The position numbers were made by a program, and so were the translations under genes. A DNA stretch of 64,000 nt from Myxococcota bacterium. Its GTDB lineage: Bacteria > Myxococcota_A > Bradymonadia > UBA7976 > UBA1532. Shown piece after piece: positions 56,399 through 64,000 of the stretch; position 1 is the stretch's first letter, and each line of letters opens with the position of its first letter. The notes beneath the pieces were generated by a model, which worked only from the letters and a program-made list of their open reading frames with translations, did not search any database and had not been told where the DNA came from. The DNA is taken from assembly GCA_036337435.1 (NCBI GenBank), contig JAYZEG010000041.1, positions 1-64,000 of the forward strand. The letters run 5' to 3'.

Positions 56399-57805
56399 GT
56401 GAAGTTTAATTGTCCGAAATGCAATACGCCACACATGTTTCCGGATGCCGAAATTCCTGAAGAGGGACTGGTTGTCGAGTGCACTGCGTGTGGGCACCAT
56501 ATCGGTTTGGACTCTTTTGCAGCTGAGGGTGATGACAAGACCAACATACAGTTTGAACAGCAGCCAGCAGACGATCCGCGCGCTGTCCTCTCCGCACGCA
56601 TTAAATTGGACGATGCTGATTGGGCGGAGATGGAAGATTCGAGAATTATGCCTGCCCTGGAATCGGGTCAGCCGACATCTCGGCCCAAACCTGAGGGGAT
56701 CGGTTCCAAGCAGCCTGGGCAGCAGCCATCGCCCGTCAGCGAAGCCTTGATCTCGTTGCAAGGTGCCGTTGGATTTAATGAACCTGGCTTATCCGCTGGC
56801 CATACACCCTCTCCGAGCTCAGACAGCGCGGATGTTTCCGATCGCTTGGGTGGCACTTTTTTTACATGGCGTGACTTGATCCAAGCTCTCGCCGCTCCCT
56901 TCGAGACCCGGCGATTTTTGGCTGTCATGGGTGCCATTTGGGCCGTTCTGATTATTCATTCATGTCTCACTTGGCTGGCCTTGAAAGTAACCCTGAAAAG
57001 CGGTGCTTTGGGTGGCACTTTGGCACTTGTCACCTGGTCGATTAGCGTCGTCCTAGGCTGTTTGATTTGTGGATTCTGTGCGCACCAAACCTATCGGGAA
57101 TGCGTTGAAAAACAGTCCACCACAATTCGCTCGAGCGTTGATTGGGTTCGGGGTTGGCTTTCGAGTATTCTTGGAGCACCTGTGGTCGCGGTCGGCGTGA
57201 TCGCCATCATCGTCGTCCTCGAATCTTTGGTCGGATTCATGGGACGCATTCCGTACGCAGGTCCAGTCATCTGGGGCGTTTTGAGCATTTTTGTGGTTTT
57301 GGTGAGTATCGCAGGTGGATTGGCTTTGGTTGCGATGACCTATGGCTTACTTCTCTACATTCCACTGATTATTGCCGAACGCACCGGACCGATTGACACT
57401 CTCAAAAGGATCCTATCGCTGTTTAAAAATCACAGTTCCAAGATCATTGTACTCGGCACGACATCGATGCTTGGGATAGGTGTATTTTTGGGACTTACAT
57501 TAGTCCCCGCACTTTTCGTCGGTCGAGAATTCACAAACCGAGTTGCGCAAATTAGCATGGGCGGCGCATTTCAGATGACGGTTGACCATACGCCAGGCGC
57601 ATTTGGCTTGATGAGCCGCTTATTCTTTAGACCTGGATATTCAGAGCTCACTACAGCACCCAATATCGGTCATGACATCGGCGGTTTTTTCACGGGGATG
57701 GCCGCGTTGATCGTGCCGTCGGTTACGCTGACATTTGTCGCGTTGATGACCACCTGTGCCGGTGGTCTGATCTATGCCATCGTCATCGGACGCACTAAAA
57801 GTTAG
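56399..57805 (+). CDS. Zinc-ribbon (MJ0042-finger-like) protein with polytopic membrane domain
   Basis: MKFNCPKC...IP..G..VECTACGH; disordered linker; six or more TM segments. Confidence 0.8.
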   Translation: MKFNCPKCNTPHMFPDAEIPEEGLVVECTACGHHIGLDSFAAEGDDKTNIQFEQQPADDPRAVLSARIKLDDADWAEMEDSRIMPALESGQPTSRPKPEGIGSKQPGQQPSPVSEALISLQGAVGFNEPGLSAGHTPSPSSDSADVSDRLGGTFFTWRDLIQALAAPFETRRFLAVMGAIWAVLIIHSCLTWLALKVTLKSGALGGTLALVTWSISVVLGCLICGFCAHQTYRECVEKQSTTIRSSVDWVRGWLSSILGAPVVAVGVIAIIVVLESLVGFMGRIPYAGPVIWGVLSIFVVLVSIAGGLALVAMTYGLLLYIPLIIAERTGPIDTLKRILSLFKNHSSKIIVLGTTSMLGIGVFLGLTLVPALFVGREFTNRVAQISMGGAFQMTVDHTPGAFGLMSRLFFRPGYSELTTAPNIGHDIGGFFTGMAALIVPSVTLTFVALMTTCAGGLIYAIVIGRTKS

Positions 57806-57819
57806 GTTGCCCAAGGTCT

Positions 57820-58779
57820 CTAGACTGTCAATGGCCCTTGGACAAACCACCCCTCCGATTCGGCAGCCTTGACGAATTCATCATCGCCGTTGTCGATCGC
57901 GATGGAAACGCCTTCGCAATTTTCCAGGAGTGCGAAATCATTCATGGAATCGCCGATTGCGAGCACGGGGCTCCGGCCAACTGTATCAAGGAACAACTCT
58001 AATTTGCCCTCGTTGATCGGCGCTGGTTCGACAACCCTGTCTGTAAATCGACCGCCTTGGGATTGTAATTCGATTCCCAGAACCCGCTCCTCCGGCAGAC
58101 CAGCTCGTCGAGCCAAAGCCTTGACAATGTACGCGTTCGAACTCGATACGATCCAGGTCTCAAACCCATATGCATCTAAGACCTGCAACAGCTCTATCAT
58201 CTCGTTGAAAACACTGATTCCAGTCGGGACGACACATCCCGAAAACGGGGGTCCTGAGGGAATATCCTCGCTTGCTAGGGGACGGTCGAGCTCGTAGTCC
58301 AAGACTTCTTCTACCAGATCTGCAACCGTCCGCTCGTGCAGGCCTCGAAGCAGTTTTGTTGCGTAGAGATAGGCTTCTTCGATATCTCGGGCTTTCAAAT
58401 TTTCGTACAGGCCCATCATACCTGCGCGATAGCGTCGATAGGCTGCTGTATCATGAACTTCGCTGTCAGCCCGTCCAGCCACGGCTTTGTAAGCTGCTTG
58501 CAATGCATCGCGGCCCATTCGCTCTGGAATCACGTGATTCCAGAAACCCCGGTCGGTATTGAGTCGGCGTCTGGTGACCATGAATCGCATCATGGCTTCG
58601 CCGATGTCGTTAAAGATAAAAGTGCCATCGCAATCGATGGTGACGAGCGGCGGTCGTTCTGGATCATAATTCGGACTTGTACTGCCCTGGGTTTGTATCA
58701 GATTGACTAATGCTGCATGTGCTGCTGGTGTCCATGCCCCTGCGGGCAGGATGCTCTCGTCGATAGGTTGTTCGCTCAT
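57820..58779 (-). CDS. HAD-superfamily phosphatase
   Basis: Motif I IDCDGT, motif II WIVSSS, motif III GK, motif IV IGDSMND. Start ATG 58779. Confidence 0.85.
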   Translation of the reverse strand: MSEQPIDESILPAGAWTPAAHAALVNLIQTQGSTSPNYDPERPPLVTIDCDGTFIFNDIGEAMMRFMVTRRRLNTDRGFWNHVIPERMGRDALQAAYKAVAGRADSEVHDTAAYRRYRAGMMGLYENLKARDIEEAYLYATKLLRGLHERTVADLVEEVLDYELDRPLASEDIPSGPPFSGCVVPTGISVFNEMIELLQVLDAYGFETWIVSSSNAYIVKALARRAGLPEERVLGIELQSQGGRFTDRVVEPAPINEGKLELFLDTVGRSPVLAIGDSMNDFALLENCEGVSIAIDNGDDEFVKAAESEGWFVQGPLTV

Positions 58780-58789
58780 GATAATCCGT

Positions 58790-60091
58790 TCACCGACGCG
58801 TTCGTCTGGTGTTGATTGGGTACAGGGCCAGTAAAATGATGAGGAGACTGAGGGGGAGTGATGAATCACTCCCTGACATGGTGCAACCACCGCTGCCACC
58901 GCCCGACCCGGATTCGCCTTCTACACCACCGTCGGCTAACGCTAAGATGTTTGCGTCGGCGTCGTCAATAGACCCGTCGGACCCGGCAATTCCGCCATCG
59001 GTATCGGAATTGTCCGCTCCAGAATCTGGGTCCGCAGTGGACTCACAGATGGAATGGGAGACCTGGTGGTCACGGGTGTAGTCGCCCGTCGGTTCAGTGC
59101 GTAAGGCGATGATTCCTTGTGCTTGGGTTTCGGCCCGTAGTGCCGCTGGTGATATCCGGGTGTGGAGGCGAGTCAGAAAAGAGGAACCGCTTTCCGAAAT
59201 AGCCGTTTTTAGGGCCATATCATTGAGCGTTGTTGGGTCTAAATTTCCAGCATATTCCACGACGGTCATTCGAGTTTGGTGGACACCCAACTGCGCATCC
59301 ATTTGCTCTATATAGTTTGTTTCGTTGTCATTTAGGAACTCGACGGAATCGAAATTCAGCGGCACTGTGCGCGAAATCATCTTGGTCCTATCGGTGTTCA
59401 AAACGTAGACGACGACATCAGCCAAACCCCCATTCAAATTGGGAATCAATGTTTGAAGTGCTAGGCCTTGCCGGTCGTCGCGCGCTGCAGGGTATGAGAT
59501 GCTAATAATTGGATCGATGCGAGGCACACCCAGGTCCGCCACATTCACTCGGGCTGCGACCAACATCATGTTCTTGTTGACGATATCATCGATCATCGTC
59601 TGAGTTTCCGCGTTGATTTGGTAACCCTGGCCCGTCACAAACTCATTGAGCTCACCCGCTGTGATCTCTGCTGCTGTGTAGTAGGAGATTGCCGGTCTCA
59701 TGTCGAGTCCTGGGCCAAAGCCGTCTCCCTGAATCCACTCCCAGACCGCACCCGTCGGTCCATCTCCGTCGCAAACCGCTTGTAATCTCGGGCGGGAAAG
59801 TTCATCGAGTTCATTGAGAGCACTATTGGGGAAAATTGTCGCGCTGACACCCTCGTCCTCTGGACGATTAAAGTTTGGAATCGCCACCAACCAAATGAAG
59901 TTTTCGGCGGGCAAACCATATTTCACCTGAGTCACCAGCTGTAGACTGTCCGCATGCCGAACTACAAGCGTTCTGGACGCTGTGATCGTGGTTCCATCAG
60001 TTGTAATCAACGTACCTAAAGCCCAAGCCGATTGGCACGAAAACAAGACTGCGAAGACGGCCGCTACGACATAAAATTTGGTGGTCTTCAT
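58790..60091 (-). CDS. DUF2330-like protein with MYXO-CTERM-like tail
   Basis: Signal peptide; QVKY...ENFIWLVAIP, FLTRLHTRISP; tail GGGCTMSG..LSLLIILLAL...RRTRR; AGGAG RBS. Confidence 0.75.
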   Translation of the reverse strand: MKTTKFYVVAAVFAVLFSCQSAWALGTLITTDGTTITASRTLVVRHADSLQLVTQVKYGLPAENFIWLVAIPNFNRPEDEGVSATIFPNSALNELDELSRPRLQAVCDGDGPTGAVWEWIQGDGFGPGLDMRPAISYYTAAEITAGELNEFVTGQGYQINAETQTMIDDIVNKNMMLVAARVNVADLGVPRIDPIISISYPAARDDRQGLALQTLIPNLNGGLADVVVYVLNTDRTKMISRTVPLNFDSVEFLNDNETNYIEQMDAQLGVHQTRMTVVEYAGNLDPTTLNDMALKTAISESGSSFLTRLHTRISPAALRAETQAQGIIALRTEPTGDYTRDHQVSHSICESTADPDSGADNSDTDGGIAGSDGSIDDADANILALADGGVEGESGSGGGSGGCTMSGSDSSLPLSLLIILLALYPINTRRTRR

Positions 60092-60127
60092 GAGCACTCC
60101 TAAGAACGAAATCGTTTAGGTCGCGAG

Positions 60128-60157
60128 AAACTAAGACGCAAGTGGACTAGATGTCAA
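60128..60157 (-). promoter_or_regulatory. Candidate sigma70 promoter for the DUF2330-like gene
   Basis: Minus strand TTGACA-18 nt-TAGTTT. Confidence 0.35.
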
Positions 60158-60161
60158 TCTA

Positions 60162-61622
60162 TCAGTCACCGGATTCGAGTTTGCGAACCCGAAATTGATA
60201 CGGATCGGATGATTCCAGCCAAATAATGACCTGGCCGTTGAGCCCGACCTGCAGTGAGTTGGCGAGTGCTTGCTCGACAAAACGGGTTTCCTGTCCCGTG
60301 ATTAAGTCGAAGGCGATGATGGGGCCTGGGCTGTTTGCGATATCTTGCACCAAAAGGGTTTGCTTTAAAAATGTGATGGGTTCCAGTCGTTGTCCGTCTA
60401 GAGGAAGTTGGAAAGCTTCAAATTGTCCACCTTCGGCCAATCGACCGAACCAGATCGCCCTCGAGTCTTGGCCGAAACTCCATGCCGCATATGAATCGGA
60501 TACAATCGGGGCCCCCGCACCGGATGGACCCAGGTTAATTGTCGTCACGTTGAGTTCATCCAATTGCTTCATTTCCACCTTGGGTCCCAACTCACTCGAC
60601 CATGTACGCACGAAGAGCGCATTCGCTGATAACGAGATGGCAGGGTCTGATGAGCCAACGATCAAAGGTGATTCAATCTCGAAAGAATCATTTGCGAGCA
60701 AAATGCGATCGATCGTTGTCTCTTCGATGACAGAACCGGTTCGATGAAGATACAATTCGTCGCCGAGTAAAGCGAGGCCACCATACTCCAATTCGCCGGT
60801 AATTCGGCGGATCCGGTCGGCACCTAAGTAGCTGACTTGTCCTCGGCATGCCCTGGGCATAAGCGGACCCATTCGGCACGGTTGCAGGGCCTCGGCACGA
60901 TTGACCCAAAGCAGGTGGTTTTCGTTGCAGACCAGGTCAGCGATATGGACGTCTTCGGCAATCTGATAGGGCTCCATTTGAAGGGCATCCAGTTCAACAC
61001 GGTATAAACCACTTTCAGTGGCCAAGACGACGCCGCTGCCGCAGATTTTAAGACTGGTGATCTTGTGGGGAATGGGCTGTGTCAGGCAGTCTTCGTCGAT
61101 CTTTTGGTCACAATCATCATCCATTTGATTACACGTCTCCGTAACGACATCTTGAGCGTTACTCTGGCCTGGCGCGCTGCTGCATGCGACACCTGAGGCG
61201 TCGTCGACAGCACACTCAAATACACCCGCCTGACCACAGGAGTCGCAGGCTTCACCTAGGTCAAAGCCCTCGTCTTCAAGGGCGTCACAATCATCGTCTA
61301 ATTGATTACAGCTCTCCGGCGCATCGGGAAAAATGTCTGCGTTCCGATCGTTACAATCGACAAAAGATTGCCAGAGGGATTTGTCGACCTCAGCACTACA
61401 TGATTCCACGAAACAATCGTTATCGGCATCCACGCATGAATCGCCTAAGGCGTCGCGCATTTCGCATGTCCACGTCCGCATTTGACCACCCAGGTCGGGT
61501 TGGTTGTAACGCATATCGAAAGAGGCATCGCGAAAGCCTGTGACATCGCCGAGTTCCCCGCTGCAGGCAGTGCAGAAGAGCAACCAGAAAATCTGCGCTG
61601 AAAGTGCTCTATTCAAGGGCAT
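60162..61622 (-). CDS. Lipoprotein with MopE-like/metal-binding repeats and probable beta-propeller C-terminus
   Basis: Lipobox CTAC; DCNDRNADIFPDAPESCNQLDDDCD and ETCNQMDDDCDQKIDE; beta-rich repeats ending LLW/AAW/IIW; GGAGG RBS before ATG 61622. Confidence 0.75.
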   Translation of the reverse strand: MPLNRALSAQIFWLLFCTACSGELGDVTGFRDASFDMRYNQPDLGGQMRTWTCEMRDALGDSCVDADNDCFVESCSAEVDKSLWQSFVDCNDRNADIFPDAPESCNQLDDDCDALEDEGFDLGEACDSCGQAGVFECAVDDASGVACSSAPGQSNAQDVVTETCNQMDDDCDQKIDEDCLTQPIPHKITSLKICGSGVVLATESGLYRVELDALQMEPYQIAEDVHIADLVCNENHLLWVNRAEALQPCRMGPLMPRACRGQVSYLGADRIRRITGELEYGGLALLGDELYLHRTGSVIEETTIDRILLANDSFEIESPLIVGSSDPAISLSANALFVRTWSSELGPKVEMKQLDELNVTTINLGPSGAGAPIVSDSYAAWSFGQDSRAIWFGRLAEGGQFEAFQLPLDGQRLEPITFLKQTLLVQDIANSPGPIIAFDLITGQETRFVEQALANSLQVGLNGQVIIWLESSDPYQFRVRKLESGD

Positions 61623-62892
61623 GGTAGTTGACCCTCCATCCTTGGCCAATGGTCGCTTCCGTCCACAAGAGATAGTGTCGAGTGAGCGTTGGATTGTACA
61701 AACGTCCGGTCCTAATTTGAGTCTGTTGCCCATTGACTAGATCGATGAGTGAGAGCGTATACGGGCTCTGATCCAGTCGATAGTGGATGAGCGCGAGGAC
61801 GCCGGTCTGTGCTTCAATCGAGACGGGGTTTCCTCGTCCAGCCCCTGTGAGTTCAACTTGTTCGGGTTCTTGCCCTCGTTCAGTGTGTTTCCAGCGATGA
61901 ACGCCGTTGGCTTCACCGTCGACCGCGCTGATCCACCAAAGATCAGCACCGGTTGTCTTCAAAGATTGCGTGTCTAGGGGGGGTCGACGCAAGAGTCGCT
62001 CACGGCGCCGATTTCGGTCCCCACAGTCGTCAGGACGGCTCACGACCAATCGTGCTGTTTGAGCACCCCGTCTACGCTCGAACCAGGCGAGCCACCCGTC
62101 GGTGGCAATCAGTCCCCACTGATCGGCGTTTGGTTGTGAACAATCGATCAACCGGTCATCGTCGAACTGAACTTTTAATGTGGTGAAATTGCCATCGATT
62201 TGTAGGTAAGCCGTGTAATTTGAGGCGCGAGAGACCTGGAATTGGCGGCGGCTCCTCGGATTGATGAAATAGCCATTATCCGCACTCAGGTCTTGCAACC
62301 AGATATTGGTGCTGTCTTCATTGGGATTGAGTCGCGGAACAGCAAAATAGCGTCCATTCAACGACGGGACACCCTGAATCCCATCGAGTGTCTTATAGAT
62401 GGGATCGAGCTTGGACGTGACGTATTTGAGCTCCACTTGGCCTGTCTCAGAACTCCAGGTTGTGAGAACAAACCCAAACGAGCCGCAATCGCTCGCTGGA
62501 ATATGACTCGTCAAAGACGGGGTCATCTGGGCCATATTCTCGTCTAAGGGAACAACACCACCAGCCCCCCTGTAACAGAGTTCGTCTGCAAAGGGCTGTT
62601 GGGGTCCAGCGGCGTCTTGAATGGGTGGCGTCGATGCGTCGGATGCATCGCCGAGTATCTGAATGCCCGCATCCAGTGCGTCAAGTGAGGCCGAATCGGA
62701 ATAAACATTGCCATCCAGCGGATCATCAACAGTTTGCATGTCGGAACCGGCGGTGACGCATAGGCCTGATTGACAACTTTCGCCGAGAACACAATCTCTT
62801 TCATCGCGACACTCTTCGTCAGACCCACTTTTCAGCAACAGACTACATCCTTGGAGCACACAAATCGATAAGAGTAGCCAATGCGTCTTCAT
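61609..62892 (-). CDS. Lipoprotein with one Cys-rich unit and probable beta-propeller domain
   Basis: Lipobox LQGC; CRDERDCVLGESCQSGLC; D/A linker; beta-rich repeats (TAYLQ, LAWFE, LLWTE); ATGA overlap with the upstream gene. Confidence 0.7.
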   Translation of the reverse strand: MKTHWLLLSICVLQGCSLLLKSGSDEECRDERDCVLGESCQSGLCVTAGSDMQTVDDPLDGNVYSDSASLDALDAGIQILGDASDASTPPIQDAAGPQQPFADELCYRGAGGVVPLDENMAQMTPSLTSHIPASDCGSFGFVLTTWSSETGQVELKYVTSKLDPIYKTLDGIQGVPSLNGRYFAVPRLNPNEDSTNIWLQDLSADNGYFINPRSRRQFQVSRASNYTAYLQIDGNFTTLKVQFDDDRLIDCSQPNADQWGLIATDGWLAWFERRRGAQTARLVVSRPDDCGDRNRRRERLLRRPPLDTQSLKTTGADLWWISAVDGEANGVHRWKHTERGQEPEQVELTGAGRGNPVSIEAQTGVLALIHYRLDQSPYTLSLIDLVNGQQTQIRTGRLYNPTLTRHYLLWTEATIGQGWRVNYHALE

Positions 62893-63998
62893 TGGCCCGC
62901 CTCGAATTGACTCCACAGCCAACCGGTCAGAAAACTCAGTCCGCTGCTCAAAAATAAGGTGTCGGCCGCCAAAGCAAATCGGTCTCGCTCGTCGGTCAGC
63001 TCCTTTATGGAAATTCCCTCGTCCCGTTTACTCGTGTAGCCTGCGAGTCGCCCATCAGCCTGAATTGCGAATCCGCCAACGACTAAGCCTGCGGCTAAGG
63101 CCAGGCCACCGCCGAGATAAAAATAACGTGGAGCCGATTTGGCGAGCCCGGCGGACTGAGCTTTGTTCCGTGTCCCAAACTCAACCTTCAGGACCGCAGG
63201 TGGACACGGCTGTTCAAGGCATGCGGCGAGATGGAAAGCACCCGTTTTTGAGCCAAGTTTCGAGTGGAGCGCGGCATAGGTATAGTGTCCAGGCTCAACG
63301 GCGAATCCGAGCACGTTCACAGATTTACCGTCAAGGACCAACCGGTCGATGGACACAGCTTCAGACTCGGCATTTACAGCTTGAATCACCACGTGCCGAG
63401 GAAGAACAATGGCCACTTGATGGCGTTTATCTGAGAGACACTCAGCTGGTCTTGGGACGTCGATGGTCCGTGTAACCGACTCATGTCCAGGCGATGATGC
63501 AGAAATTTGCCGTCTTCCCCAAGGACCTTCGAGTTGACCAAGCAATTTCGCGTGTGTCGGCACCGCCTGAATATCAAGGGCAACGGTGCAGCGTTTTAAC
63601 GCCACTTTCACATTTTTCTTGGCCCCGACGGAGATCACTTTCGTTTGATATCCTGGTGCTCGGACTCGGACGCGCCCGTAGGCAGTCGTAAACTCGCGTC
63701 CCTCTAACCTTTGCCCATCCATAGAGTCTACCGTGACCTCTTTTGGATCGAGCCCAGGTGTCGTTATCTCTAAGGAAACCGGACACGGTGGGCTCTCGGG
63801 CTTATCGATTTTGTCACCGGGCGATATCAGGGTCGGCGTCTTATTGTATCGTTCGCCACACTCTGTTTGATGTCCAACCAGATAGGCACCTGGCCGAATT
63901 TGAATCTCTGTCGCCATCGGGTCCTGGCCGGGAATCTTTATGACCGTGGTGCAGTGGGGTTTTCCTTGGCAAATCCGTTCGGCCACAGCGTTCATGGG
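62889..63998 (-). CDS. Partial (5'-truncated) PEGA-like domain protein with C-terminal hydrophobic hairpin
   Basis: Frame is open to the window edge; VRAPGY, ASSPGH and EPGHY PEGA-like units; C-terminal GGGLALAAGLVVGG..ADTLFLSSGL..GWLW. Confidence 0.65.
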   Translation of the reverse strand, partial: PMNAVAERICQGKPHCTTVIKIPGQDPMATEIQIRPGAYLVGHQTECGERYNKTPTLISPGDKIDKPESPPCPVSLEITTPGLDPKEVTVDSMDGQRLEGREFTTAYGRVRVRAPGYQTKVISVGAKKNVKVALKRCTVALDIQAVPTHAKLLGQLEGPWGRRQISASSPGHESVTRTIDVPRPAECLSDKRHQVAIVLPRHVVIQAVNAESEAVSIDRLVLDGKSVNVLGFAVEPGHYTYAALHSKLGSKTGAFHLAACLEQPCPPAVLKVEFGTRNKAQSAGLAKSAPRYFYLGGGLALAAGLVVGGFAIQADGRLAGYTSKRDEGISIKELTDERDRFALAADTLFLSSGLSFLTGWLWSQFEAGQ

Positions 63999-64000
63999 CT

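Noticed and set aside
1..64000. CRISPR array, rRNA, IS element, integrase or prophage
   Set aside because: All repeats found are intragenic and in frame; no repeat-spacer array, transposase, integrase or phage structural gene cluster was recognised.

Overview
Bacterial chromosomal DNA, gene-dense and intron-less, with Shine-Dalgarno-type starts. The gene content points to a Myxococcota/Bradymonadia-type organism (inference): MYXO-CTERM-like sorting tails, Myxococcus Cys-rich (DUF4215-type) repeats, a DUF1592/DUF1552 pair, DUF2330, PEGA-like and zinc-ribbon membrane proteins, and Hanks-type Ser/Thr kinases. About 50 CDS and one tRNA gene (tRNA-Sec, anticodon UCA, 27216-27310) can be supported. 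I see no rRNA, CRISPR array, transposase, integrase or reverse transcriptase. The most striking content is a set of very large secreted or lipid-anchored proteins built from modules best known from animal innate immunity. (i) A 2081-aa fibre-like protein has collagen GXY triplets, phage-tail-fibre-like DADxxDG repeats and six tandem fibrinogen-like domains (a ficolin-like layout); it heads an apparent operon with two Cys-rich lipoproteins. (ii) A Cys-rich lipoprotein carries a textbook 6-Cys scavenger-receptor (SRCR) domain. (iii) A MYXO-CTERM protein combines an alpha/alpha-toroid with thrombospondin type-3 repeats. Other eukaryote-like items are a TPR-fused enzyme with all PRMT signature motifs and a plant PYD1-type dihydropyrimidine dehydrogenase. 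Housekeeping and metabolic genes include lspA, lgt, rpmB, phoX, a GST-omega, a DUF849 cleavage enzyme and a benzoate-CoA-ligase/creatininase/glutaryl-CoA-dehydrogenase operon. All family calls come from motif recognition by eye; no database search was run. Start codons that differ from the ORF track were chosen from RBS position and signal-peptide logic.
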